From positions 1 through 35,715 of IMG/VR virus record IMGVR_UViG_3300030372_001582: a DNA stretch of 35,715 nt; one strand, written 5' to 3'. The notes below the pieces were generated by a model. That model ran no database searches and was not told the DNA's origin. It worked only from the letters and a program-made list of their open reading frames with translations. Each line of letters begins with the position of its first letter. The stretch's first letter is position 1. This stretch comes from a virus (Duplodnaviria; Caudoviricetes). Below, piece by piece: positions 9,297-17,708 of the stretch. The position numbers and the translations under genes were made by a program.

Positions 9297-11403
9297 TGAA
9301 ATCGTTTATTAGTTCTAGTTCACTTTTACCGTTTTCCATATCGGTAGTTATTGAGTTAATTTTATAACTCTTTTGATTTATCTCAAGCCTGTCAGCTAGA
9401 GATAAATTCAGTAATATGTTAGCTGGTAAATAAGCTGTGACTCTAGTAAGTCTATTTTTCGAGTCAAATACATCACTTATATAAGTCCTATAATATTCAC
9501 TAAATAGGTTTTTTAGTACAGTTTCATTTGTATACTCACTGAGTTCAGTGGAGAAATGTATTGATTGACTGTTTGTTGCAAGAGTAAGCGTGTTAGACGG
9601 AACTATATATGTTGATATAGCTATGTCTGCACCCCCGCTAAAATTTTTAAGCTGTATAGGTGTGCCACTTGTAACTCGGACAGGATAAAACAAAAGAGGC
9701 TTACCCACAAAAGGACTTTGATCTATATTTACGGACCAACCAAACTGTATATCGGTAGATGTATCTCCGCTTGGATCGTTAAGATCAAGCAATCTTTGAA
9801 ACTTATGGTGTTCAAACGGTAACTCAATTTTGTACACGCTGCCATCCTGTGTTACATCGCTAAAATTAATTGTTTCTGTACCCCACTCTAAATTAAATAT
9901 TTTTTCGTGCGTATCAGCAAAAAACGATTGCAAGCCTAAATACCTAAGATCTATTTCTTTGAAGGGTAATGAGTTGTTTATTTCGGATTGATTTATGTCT
10001 ACAAAATCAGTTATATTTCTGCTGACACCACTTGCATAAAAGGAGTCAAGGGTCTGAACTTTTATAGTTCCATCGTCTTCTACAAATGCTGTCAAATTAA
10101 ACATTTTGAATATACCAGTTAAAAAATCAATAATTTTTATATCAGGTATTTCTTTGCTAATTATGAACGCCTGTGCTTGCGTAAAAGCAACAGCACTTGA
10201 TGAACTAACAGAATACGTTTGTTCATCAACTTGTTCTGGCTCAAGAGCACCTTGTGTGGTCATAGTTACAGCATAAGTAAACGTAACAGAAGCTGAAGAT
10301 GTAGAAGATATTGAAAAGGTATAGTCGCCAGGTTCTACAGGATTTATACCTAAACTCGTCATCTCAATACTCAAAACACCAGTTCCTTGTGTATTGAATT
10401 TTTGTTCACCATCTATAGAAACAGACAAGCTATAATTAATACTGTTATTACTAGGTGTTACTGATATTGAAAATATTAAATTATCAGTACCTGAAACAGT
10501 GAGTGTTGTTCCGTCTGAAACAATACTACTGCTTATTTGACTAGGGTTATTAGCGGGAACAAAAGTACCTGTTGCAAAAGTGTTTAACGACTGAACAAAT
10601 GGTTCTGTGACTTGTGCATCTGTACCGACATCACCCTCTTTTCTATGTAACCACATAAATAAATTATGATATGGTTGGTTAGTGGTGTTAAAAAAGTCTG
10701 TAGAGAACTTTATTTCTGAAAACCTAGCTTCTATTGCTTCTATAATTTTATGTACTCTAAGTGCATATTTAAGTTCTTTCAAACTTAGTGCTTTATTGTC
10801 GCCTGCTGTTTTATGTATATCATCAACAATACCAGTGTATCCAACGTAAGATCCGCTACTGTCACTGTTATAAACAAGTCTTCTTGTATGAGTAATTATA
10901 GGAACTGTTAAATCTCCTATAGCAGACTGTAGTTTATTTTTTATATTGGTTTCTGTATATGTTGTATCAAAAGCACTTAAATCTAATGCGTCTAGTTTAA
11001 GGTCTCTTAGAACAGTTGATAGTTTTACTGTATTGCCAAAAAAAGTAATTTTATACGAATTAGGTTTATTATCCTTCATAAGAACACCATCTAATCTTAT
11101 TTGACCTTTTTTGAATGGTGTATGATTTAATTCTATTCTTGCATCCTTTCTACTTCTTGCATCAAAATCAGAGATCAAATTATTGCTTGAGCTGACAATA
11201 TCAGAATTATAATAATGCTTAAATAATTTATTTGTATTTGGTGAAGCAGGTATGTTGAATGTCCTAGTAAAATCTGTAAATATTGCACCTATATCTCTTA
11301 TGTTTTGTATAGTTTGTGTTATAGTTACAGACTCATCCCTAAACAAATCTACTCTCACATCAGATCCGTCATTATCTTTTATAAATAACTGAATAGTATA
11401 CAT
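9289..11403 (-). CDS. Tail tip / baseplate hub-like protein
   Basis: 704 aa; VDLFRDES..IT..IQ...DI..IFTDFTRTF.IPAS..N, IDFL.GIFKMFNL and YKINSITTD...GKSELEL patterns typical of minor tail proteins. Confidence 0.65.
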   Translation of the reverse strand: MYTIQLFIKDNDGSDVRVDLFRDESVTITQTIQNIRDIGAIFTDFTRTFNIPASPNTNKLFKHYYNSDIVSSSNNLISDFDARSRKDARIELNHTPFKKGQIRLDGVLMKDNKPNSYKITFFGNTVKLSTVLRDLKLDALDLSAFDTTYTETNIKNKLQSAIGDLTVPIITHTRRLVYNSDSSGSYVGYTGIVDDIHKTAGDNKALSLKELKYALRVHKIIEAIEARFSEIKFSTDFFNTTNQPYHNLFMWLHRKEGDVGTDAQVTEPFVQSLNTFATGTFVPANNPSQISSSIVSDGTTLTVSGTDNLIFSISVTPSNNSINYSLSVSIDGEQKFNTQGTGVLSIEMTSLGINPVEPGDYTFSISSTSSASVTFTYAVTMTTQGALEPEQVDEQTYSVSSSSAVAFTQAQAFIISKEIPDIKIIDFLTGIFKMFNLTAFVEDDGTIKVQTLDSFYASGVSRNITDFVDINQSEINNSLPFKEIDLRYLGLQSFFADTHEKIFNLEWGTETINFSDVTQDGSVYKIELPFEHHKFQRLLDLNDPSGDTSTDIQFGWSVNIDQSPFVGKPLLFYPVRVTSGTPIQLKNFSGGADIAISTYIVPSNTLTLATNSQSIHFSTELSEYTNETVLKNLFSEYYRTYISDVFDSKNRLTRVTAYLPANILLNLSLADRLEINQKSYKINSITTDMENGKSELELINDFNA

Positions 11404-13187
11404 TATCTAATATCTTGTATTTTATCATTTGCAAACTCAAAATCTATTGTATAGTTTACAAGTTTATTATTTACACTTGTTTTAAATTCAACATCAGAAG
11501 TTTTAATTATAACTGGACTTACGGATGTTTGTGTATTTGCAATATTTTCGTCTATCCAAATTTGTTGACTCATTAAAAGCTCTTGTATTGGATCAGATAT
11601 TTCTTCTTCTAAGAAATCTGTATTTAGGGTTATCGATTCTTCACCTTGTATATCTATTCTTTGTTTTTGTGCTTTGTATTTATCATAAGCAAAAGTAGCT
11701 TCGTTAAAGTTTATGGTGCTCCTTTTAAACTTATCAAATTTTGTTTGTAGTTGTCTTACAGATTTTTTACTGAATATAATGTCTTGTAATGCTCCAAACC
11801 TATTATAGAATATAACTCTAAAAGGAGTATACTTAGTACAAGCTATTTCTTCTAGCGTGATAACTCTACTAAGCGATTTACCCAATCCATCTGTCACAGT
11901 TACAGTGCCGCCTGTAAAACCACTTGTCTGTGAAATTACAACGTATTGAATTTTGTCCGAACTTCTGCCATCTTGTATTTGGTATACCTCACCAGTTGCC
12001 ATAATATTATCAGCTAAAGTTAGTTGAGTATCGCTATCAACAGCAGTAACATTAGTCACTGTTTTATCGGTGCTATTGTATACCGTCATACCAACCTTTA
12101 CAGTAGTCAGGAAGTTTTGGTTGCTATCAACAAGTTTGTTTGTAGTTGTACCTGTAGCAGTACCTGAGTCTTTTACAGCCCCATCTGTAATTTTTATTGG
12201 TGTTATTATGTTTCCCCAAGTGTTTTCATAAGTATTCCAAAACTCATCTACACTATTCCAAAACACATTAGACACACCACCTAAACTAAAAGTCAGTGTC
12301 GATTGGTTTGGTGCGTAAACAGGTATAATAATATCTTTACCTTGTTTAAAGTAAATTGTAGAGTTTGTCATTAAGACTTGTTTATCCGTGAGTATTGAAC
12401 TACCTGGATTTATACCATCCTTAAAAAACCCATATCCATCTAAATTTATCCACGGAGTGTTATTGCTTGCAGTTGCAGTTACAGTTAACGTATATTTTTC
12501 ACCACTTTCAAATATATTGCTATTCAAAGAAAGCGTAGTATCGCTGTCTACAGCAGATACTGTCGCTGAAGTATTGTCTGTAGTGTTTTTTGCAGTTACT
12601 GTAAATGATGAAGGCAACAGTTGCCTAATAAATGTAGCTGTACTGTCAACTAACTTATTAGATGTTGTAGCTGTTGCTGTTCCCGACACTATCTGTACTT
12701 CGGTTGTTATATCACACCATACTGCGTCTACGGCTAAATTATAATATTCTGTTTTAAAGAAATCCCTAATGAGTTCAGCGATCTCTATAGATGCTGAACT
12801 CTTGCTAAATATTTTATAAGAGTCAAAAGTACCTGAAGTTGGAAATATATCTGTATCTAAAGAAAGCGTGGTATCATTATCTATAGCACTGACAATAGCT
12901 ATTGTATTTTGTGTTGTGTTGAAAACCAAATCTCCAACTTCAACTGTTTCACTAAATAGCTTTACTGTATCGACAAGTTTGCTTGATGTTTTTGAGGTTA
13001 TTGTACCAAGCTCAACAACATCAGCTAATTTATCTTTTGTTATTGTATATGTAGCAGTAGTTGGTTTATTTGTAGTATGATGTCCAGTATAAATAAATAT
13101 ACTATATACAAACTTTTCTCCAAGAGCTTGTGCTGCTTTGTAGAATATTGGACTTCTAACTAATTGTGGTGTATAATTAATTGACAT
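11403..13187 (-). CDS. Distal tail-like structural protein with three inserted ~65-aa repeats
   Basis: 594 aa; C-terminal FYNRFGALQ.I.F, ITLNTDF and ELLMS..IW; three GT.T..T..KLVD...V.A.D.DT.L.L repeats. Confidence 0.6.
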   Translation of the reverse strand: MSINYTPQLVRSPIFYKAAQALGEKFVYSIFIYTGHHTTNKPTTATYTITKDKLADVVELGTITSKTSSKLVDTVKLFSETVEVGDLVFNTTQNTIAIVSAIDNDTTLSLDTDIFPTSGTFDSYKIFSKSSASIEIAELIRDFFKTEYYNLAVDAVWCDITTEVQIVSGTATATTSNKLVDSTATFIRQLLPSSFTVTAKNTTDNTSATVSAVDSDTTLSLNSNIFESGEKYTLTVTATASNNTPWINLDGYGFFKDGINPGSSILTDKQVLMTNSTIYFKQGKDIIIPVYAPNQSTLTFSLGGVSNVFWNSVDEFWNTYENTWGNIITPIKITDGAVKDSGTATGTTTNKLVDSNQNFLTTVKVGMTVYNSTDKTVTNVTAVDSDTQLTLADNIMATGEVYQIQDGRSSDKIQYVVISQTSGFTGGTVTVTDGLGKSLSRVITLEEIACTKYTPFRVIFYNRFGALQDIIFSKKSVRQLQTKFDKFKRSTINFNEATFAYDKYKAQKQRIDIQGEESITLNTDFLEEEISDPIQELLMSQQIWIDENIANTQTSVSPVIIKTSDVEFKTSVNNKLVNYTIDFEFANDKIQDIR

Positions 13188-13648
13188 TATGTTATTGTTT
13201 TTAATTCTTTCATTATTCTTTGTAATTCTTTTTGATATTCAACACCAACAGATTGAGCTATAATAGAACTAAATTTATTTAGTGTATTTTTTGTAAAATT
13301 TATACCTGGTATACCTTCTTGTTGTATTTTTCTTTTTATGACAAAAGCTAAATCTTTTTGTCTTACGTTTTTATCTCTTGGTTGCAAGTTTTTTATTTTG
13401 ATCCAATCTTCTATAACGCCTCTTGCTGGATATTTACCAGGTCTTCTTCCTGAGTCAACAATTCTTTGATATTTTCCAGCTCCTTGAGATTTTATAATTA
13501 GTTGTTTGCCTATAACTTCAAATGTAAGATTATCAACCAAAGTACCAGATGCGTATTTTGGCTTATCGCCTTTCATAAGTTGACCTCTTATGTCATTTAC
13601 GATTCTTGTCCCTAACTCATCTAAAACTGTAGTTAATGTTACTGCCAT
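13187..13648 (-). CDS. Tail completion / neck protein (putative)
   Basis: ASGTL..., VDSGRRPGK.P....I..WIK.K, LAFVI.RKI...GI.G..F; basic; adjacent to the tail terminator-like gene. Confidence 0.6.
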   Translation of the reverse strand: MAVTLTTVLDELGTRIVNDIRGQLMKGDKPKYASGTLVDNLTFEVIGKQLIIKSQGAGKYQRIVDSGRRPGKYPARGVIEDWIKIKNLQPRDKNVRQKDLAFVIKRKIQQEGIPGINFTKNTLNKFSSIIAQSVGVEYQKELQRIMKELKTIT

Positions 13649-13785
13649 TACTTATTATATTGAGTTATACATACAGCTAATCTTTGATCTGTATTTTTAT
13701 ATTCTTTTCTCATAATGGGATCTGTCATACATCTCATTATAAAATCTTTTCTTTTTTCTCCTGGTCTTTTTTTAGTTAGTGGCAT
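13648..13785 (-). CDS. Micro-protein (45 aa) MPLTKKRPGEKRKDFIMRCMTDPIMRKEYKNTDQRLAVCITQYNK
   Basis: TAATG coupling to the next gene; E...FI.RCM.D....EY....QR.A.C pattern recalled from small phage proteins. Confidence 0.75.
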   Translation of the reverse strand: MPLTKKRPGEKRKDFIMRCMTDPIMRKEYKNTDQRLAVCITQYNK

Positions 13786-13786
13786 A

Positions 13787-14248
13787 TCAACAAACGCTTG
13801 TAGTTTTATTTGGTAATTCTAATACCAGGTCCATTCCCCAGCCAGCTAATTGATTTTCTAGTGTATCTAAAAATGGCTGACAATTTATATCTCCTTTGAC
13901 TTGAAACAAATCTGCATAACCAGAACCTCTTCTAAGATTCTCTTGCAAAATATTCGCAGCAGAAAGTTGAGTGTTTAAGATGTCTATTAAATTGTCGTTA
14001 CCAAAAAACTGGTCAAAAGAGTTTGGAGCTCTATTGTCATCTACTATATCTAAAAATAGTATTCTAAGATTCATAACTATAATATGATCTCTGAATGCAA
14101 CATTTCCCATTACAACGTGTGCTATTGGAAATATTGATGTTTTTGCTAAGTCTACCTGCATTAAGTCACCAAACGTAACAGTTTGTATAGTTGGGTTTTC
14201 CCTTAGCTTGTCTTTTATTTTTTCTAATGTCTCGTATACTGCTATCAT
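13787..14248 (-). CDS. Tail terminator-like protein
   Basis: TVTFGD...VDL.K.SIFPIAH, DILNTQL and PF.D..EN.LAGW; size and position fit. Confidence 0.6.
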   Translation of the reverse strand: MIAVYETLEKIKDKLRENPTIQTVTFGDLMQVDLAKTSIFPIAHVVMGNVAFRDHIIVMNLRILFLDIVDDNRAPNSFDQFFGNDNLIDILNTQLSAANILQENLRRGSGYADLFQVKGDINCQPFLDTLENQLAGWGMDLVLELPNKTTSVC

Positions 14249-14515
14249 TATTTATATGCTTTTTTTATCATTCTTTCCTCTAAATCTGATTTCTCTTTTT
14301 CAAACTCTAACCACATCATCGCTTTGTGTAAATTAGTTCTTGTAGCTTTGTCAATTTTAAATACATCTCCTTTTGCAAGTGAGTAAATTGATTGATACCA
14401 TCCCCATTTTTTTCCAAATCCTTGACTATATGATCCTCTTTCGATGTCTCTTGCTGATTGGGTAAAGATCCCAGAGTAATTTTCGACAATTCTATCCCTA
14501 AACTCAAAAAAAAAA
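14248..14515 (-). CDS. -1 frameshift extension of tail assembly chaperone (GT-like C-terminus)
   Basis: Open in the -1 frame from the T10 run: FEFRDRIVENYSGIF...GFGKKWGWYQSIYSLAKGD...KKAYK. No ATG start of its own; its TAA is coupled (TAATG) to the next gene. Confidence 0.75.
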
Positions 14516-15026
14516 GTATACTGCCCAAAGCAACAGAGCAAGGTATATCTTTCATAACTTCAGAATATTTATCAGTTCCTTCATATTTTTCTATCTTATA
14601 GAAATCTTTATTGCCAGCAACTATAGGTCTATATAAAACAGCCATAGCTTTGTGCATATCTTTCCAGTCTGTCAAATATCTTTCTGCATCAATATATTCT
14701 CCTAAAGTCATTTTATCTAAATTTGGCATAAAGCCAAATTCTAGCTTTTTGCCTTTTTTATCTTTCATAGTAAACCTAGTTTGTAATTTAGGTTTTGATG
14801 ATAATAATACAGACAGATGTTTAAGTAGTGAGTCATATTTTGATAAAGGCATTTTATAAGCATCTTTCATAGTTATATTACAAAATATACTTAACAGCTT
14901 TAGGCTTAAAAACTCTTGATCAGTGCTTTCTTTATTGTCTTCTATTACTTTAACATATTTTTGATATCTATGTAACGGTATATCGTCAATAGACATTGGT
15001 ACTTCAAGCGTAAATGATTTTTTCAT
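14316..15026 (-). CDS. Tail assembly chaperone (G-like, zero frame)
   Basis: 236 aa; FGFMPNLD.MTLGEYID and MHKAMAVLYRP; contains the CTT TTT TTT TTG slippery run at 14506-14515. Confidence 0.7.
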   Translation of the reverse strand: MKKSFTLEVPMSIDDIPLHRYQKYVKVIEDNKESTDQEFLSLKLLSIFCNITMKDAYKMPLSKYDSLLKHLSVLLSSKPKLQTRFTMKDKKGKKLEFGFMPNLDKMTLGEYIDAERYLTDWKDMHKAMAVLYRPIVAGNKDFYKIEKYEGTDKYSEVMKDIPCSVALGSILFFLSLGIELSKITLGSLPNQQETSKEDHIVKDLEKNGDGINQFTHLQKEMYLKLTKLQELIYTKR

Positions 15027-15030
15027 ATAC

Positions 15031-15056
15031 AGTAAATCAAATACTAAAGATATTGT
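15031..15056 (-). promoter_or_regulatory. Candidate late promoter ACA-N15-GATTTACT-N4-ATG heading the tail operon
   Basis: First element upstream of the tail operon after a 400-bp non-coding gap; identical core to 7105-7130. Confidence 0.6.
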
Positions 15057-15397
15057 ACCAAGTGTTAATAACTTTTGATAAGTGACCCCCTAAAAAGCAC
15101 AACAAAGTCAAAAAAAAATGATAGTCTATGTATAAGACATACGAGGATCGCCACATAGCGAGACTCGAATAATCCTCTACAGACATAATATATCAATTAG
15201 ACTTATAGACAAATACATAGGTGGACTCGGGATACCTGTGTTTTTTTGTGACCTAGTAAATCGTTTTGGGTTGATTTGATTAAAGGTGTATACCCACCCA
15301 CTCGGTTGCTTGTTTTACGTTAATTTGATTTTATTCGTAAAATAGGAAAGTAAAAGGCGAGAAAATGAAATGGAAAGAGACTCGGCAAAGTAAAGAC

Positions 15398-15423
15398 AAA
15401 AAAAAACCCCTCAAAATGAGGGG
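15398..15423 (-). terminator. Rho-independent terminator ending the early-type block
   Basis: cccctca-aaa-tgagggg stem preceded on + by an A9 run. Confidence 0.8.
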
Positions 15424-15443
15424 CTTAGCGGGTTTCTATTGCT

Positions 15444-15548
15444 TTATACGATAAATAGTTCCACCAGTATTGCGAACGCTGTTAAAACAATGCTAAACGC
15501 TATTAAAAAGGCATAACCCTCAGCAACTTTCGTTATATTATTTTTCAT
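15444..15548 (-). CDS. Single-TM micro-protein (34 aa) MKNNITKVAEGYAFLIAFSIVLTAFAILVELFIV
   Basis: A-rich leader (AAACAAAATG), one hydrophobic helix, stop directly before the terminator. Confidence 0.6.
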   Translation of the reverse strand: MKNNITKVAEGYAFLIAFSIVLTAFAILVELFIV

Positions 15549-15571
15549 TTTGTTTAATTTATAATTATTAT

Positions 15572-15802
15572 TTAAACTCTTTCGAGTATTTCGTCAAGAT
15601 CTTCGCCAATTAGTTTACAAATGAAATCTTCTTCAAACCAGAAAAAATCATTTATTTGGGTGTCCGTCATTCCATCAGGGTAAAGCTCCTGTAAATGTTC
15701 GCTAATAGTTTCTAATTCTGAATAAGTTAATTTATTAGAAAAATATTTTGCACCAGACCAAAAATCAAAGTCTGTTAAATTTGTTTCAGTTATTACTTTC
15801 AT
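15572..15802 (-). CDS. Hypothetical acidic phage protein (76 aa)
   Basis: FWSGAK, YPDGMT.TQINDFFWFE; operon packing. Confidence 0.75.
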   Translation of the reverse strand: MKVITETNLTDFDFWSGAKYFSNKLTYSELETISEHLQELYPDGMTDTQINDFFWFEEDFICKLIGEDLDEILERV

Positions 15803-15941
15803 TTTGTTTTATATTATTTAATTGTGTTTTAATACCTGTATCAAATATACTATTCAATACAAATCTCGTTTTATTTCTGTTGGCTTTTCCTTGCTCTTTG
15901 GCAAGTCTTAAAGCCCTTTCAAATCTTTTTTTTGAGCTCAT
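15786..15941 (-). CDS. Hypothetical basic protein (51 aa, MSSKKRFERALRLAK...)
   Basis: Probable start at 15941; the longer track version overlaps the upstream gene extensively. Confidence 0.5.
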   Translation of the reverse strand: MSSKKRFERALRLAKEQGKANRNKTRFVLNSIFDTGIKTQLNNIKQNESNN

Positions 15942-16122
15942 ATAATTTATTGGGTTTAGTATAGTATAATTGAATAGCATTAAAAATTGATGTTGCGATT
16001 TTGCTGTCTTCTTGCCACTCGTCAATATGCCAATAGCATATGTTAGTTTGGTCTTTATTCTCACCGTTATCAACGTAAATATTAACGCTTTCCTGGTCTA
16101 TTCTCAGTTTTAAATCTTTCAT
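15919..16122 (-). CDS. Hypothetical protein (67 aa)
   Basis: ATG 2 nt after the upstream stop; CYWHIDEW motif. Confidence 0.65.
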   Translation of the reverse strand: MKDLKLRIDQESVNIYVDNGENKDQTNICYWHIDEWQEDSKIATSIFNAIQLYYTKPNKLYELKKKI

Positions 16123-16124
16123 AA

Positions 16125-16439
16125 TTAATTAAGATCAGTTAATTTATACAAACCTTTTTCAATATTGTTTCTAATGTCTTTTGTGTAGCCATCAAAATTA
16201 ATATAGTCATTCAGAAAAACCCTCAAGTATTTGAGTGTTGTTCTGGAATAGTCCCAGTCTTTAGAGTCCAGATATATAGCCCAGTCTCCTTTGCTATTTA
16301 GATGGAGTTTTGCAATAACTGAATTGTATGACTGAAAAAATATTGTCTGAAAATTCTCGTGCTCGTGAATAATTTCAAATTGATTTGCCACGCTGTTTCC
16401 AGTTCGTGGGCTTTTTAGGTTATGTGTTTTTATTTTCAT
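16125..16439 (-). CDS. Conserved-looking early phage protein (104 aa)
   Basis: GN.VANQF.I, FQSY.S.IA and WDYSRTT.KY...FL motif set recalled from small phage proteins; function unknown. Confidence 0.75.
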   Translation of the reverse strand: MKIKTHNLKSPRTGNSVANQFEIIHEHENFQTIFFQSYNSVIAKLHLNSKGDWAIYLDSKDWDYSRTTLKYLRVFLNDYINFDGYTKDIRNNIEKGLYKLTDLN

Positions 16440-16726
16440 TTTGTTTTATTTTTAGTGTTATACATATTATTAAAGGCGTTTTCTAATCTAATCAAAAACA
16501 CCCTCAAAAAGTTTAAATTATTATTCATTAAAAAAGAATATTTTGCTTTTAAAGTGGTTTGTTTTTGACCATAAAAATTAAACTCCTCTTTTAAATCTTT
16601 AATTGGTGCTTGCGCATATGCTAAAGCACCCAGACAATTTTGTTTGTCTTCTTCGCTTAAATTATCAAAAAAGGTAGTTACTTCAAACCTAACTTTTAAT
16701 AATTCGCTTTTTGTTATTTTTCTCAT
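16436..16726 (-). CDS. Hypothetical protein (96 aa, MRKITKSELLK...)
   Basis: Probable start at 16726 after an A-rich leader; ATGA overlap with the next gene. Confidence 0.6.
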   Translation of the reverse strand: MRKITKSELLKVRFEVTTFFDNLSEEDKQNCLGALAYAQAPIKDLKEEFNFYGQKQTTLKAKYSFLMNNNLNFLRVFLIRLENAFNNMYNTKNKTK

Positions 16727-16813
16727 TTGTTTCGTTTTATTATTATGATATAAATATAATAAATAATTCACAATTTATCCACAATTAACAAATATTTTTT
16801 TATAGCTATAAAT

Positions 16814-16845
16814 AAAAAAACGCAGTGAAACCCCACTGCGTTTAA
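16814..16845 (-). terminator. Terminator built from the repeat unit (AAACGCAGTG-GGGTTT-CACTGCGTTT plus U-tract)
   Basis: 10-bp inverted repeat 16818-16827/16834-16843 with an A-run on +. Confidence 0.7.
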
Positions 16846-16898
16846 GAAACCCTACTGCGTTTAATGACCTACTGCGTTTAAGAACCTACTATGTTTAA
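16831..16898. repeat. Array 1: four copies of CC(T/C)ACT(GC/AT)GTTTAA
   Basis: Cores at 16835, 16854, 16871 (ACTGCGTTTAA) and 16888 (ACTATGTTTAA); spacings 19, 17, 17. Confidence 0.95.
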
Positions 16899-17119
16899 TG
16901 ATCTTGAATTGCAAACTGATAAACTTGATCGTCAAACAAAGCTGAGAGATAATCAAAATAAAATTCTGTTATATCTTCATCATTCAGCTCAACCTTATAA
17001 ACATCAACGTCTGTTACAGGTGGTTGCATCCAGTCGCCTGGGTCGTACTTATATTCATAATAAATGTTAAGATCATAATGCTTATCATTTATAGTATATA
17101 CACCTTTTTTACTGCTCAT
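16895..17119 (-). CDS. Hypothetical acidic protein (74 aa)
   Basis: ORF track; YDPGDWMQPP; its stop codon lies inside a repeat copy. Confidence 0.7.
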   Translation of the reverse strand: MSSKKGVYTINDKHYDLNIYYEYKYDPGDWMQPPVTDVDVYKVELNDEDITEFYFDYLSALFDDQVYQFAIQDH

Positions 17120-17288
17120 ATATTTTGTTTTGTAATACTTCTATATTTGCCGAAAGCAAATCTATTTTATCCTGGAGCTCTTGTATTATGTGGTCTTTGT
17201 CCAATACTTCACTCTCTTTTTTTTGGTACTGATTAACCAAATGCTGATAATCTTTTAGCACTCTTGCTAAGTCTTCTCTATTTGTCAT
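17109..17288 (-). CDS. Coiled-coil micro-protein (59 aa, MTNREDLARVLKDYQ...KIYEQ)
   Basis: Hand translation; overlaps both neighbours by 11 nt. Confidence 0.65.
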   Translation of the reverse strand: MTNREDLARVLKDYQHLVNQYQKKESEVLDKDHIIQELQDKIDLLSANIEVLQNKIYEQ

Positions 17289-17442
17289 ATCTAATTTTTA
17301 TTGTTTCTTGTAAAAAGTTTATTGTATCCATTATAAATTTATCTTTGTCTTCCTTAGTTTCCATAACGGAAGGAACACAGAGCCAAATCTGTGTTCCCTT
17401 TGCACAAAAGAATTTTCGTATGATTTTACCTAATGTTCTCAT
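17278..17442 (-). CDS. Hypothetical protein (54 aa, MRTLGKIIRKFFCAKG...)
   Basis: Hand translation; ATGA overlap with the upstream stop. Confidence 0.6.
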   Translation of the reverse strand: MRTLGKIIRKFFCAKGTQIWLCVPSVMETKEDKDKFIMDTINFLQETIKIRYDK

Positions 17443-17708
17443 AACTCTTTAATTGAATTTTTGATTCTATTAAGTCTCCATTCATATAGTTTAGCCTTCT
17501 CTTTTGTAACCTGTGTTACAATAAAATCTAAGCTCTGAAATATATCATCTACATTCCAGACTAAGGTTTTATTATTATCTATGTCTCCATATTCAACATA
17601 CAGTTCACCATCTGAACAGCCAATAGTGTGACTATCATAAATATAAGTATGTCTTTTTGCTGACTCAAGTTGCTTTTCAAGATCAGCTATTTTGTCTTTC
17701 ATTTTCAT
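17439..17708 (-). CDS. Hypothetical protein (89 aa)
   Basis: ORF track; ATGA overlaps at both ends. Confidence 0.7.
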   Translation of the reverse strand: MKMKDKIADLEKQLESAKRHTYIYDSHTIGCSDGELYVEYGDIDNNKTLVWNVDDIFQSLDFIVTQVTKEKAKLYEWRLNRIKNSIKEL

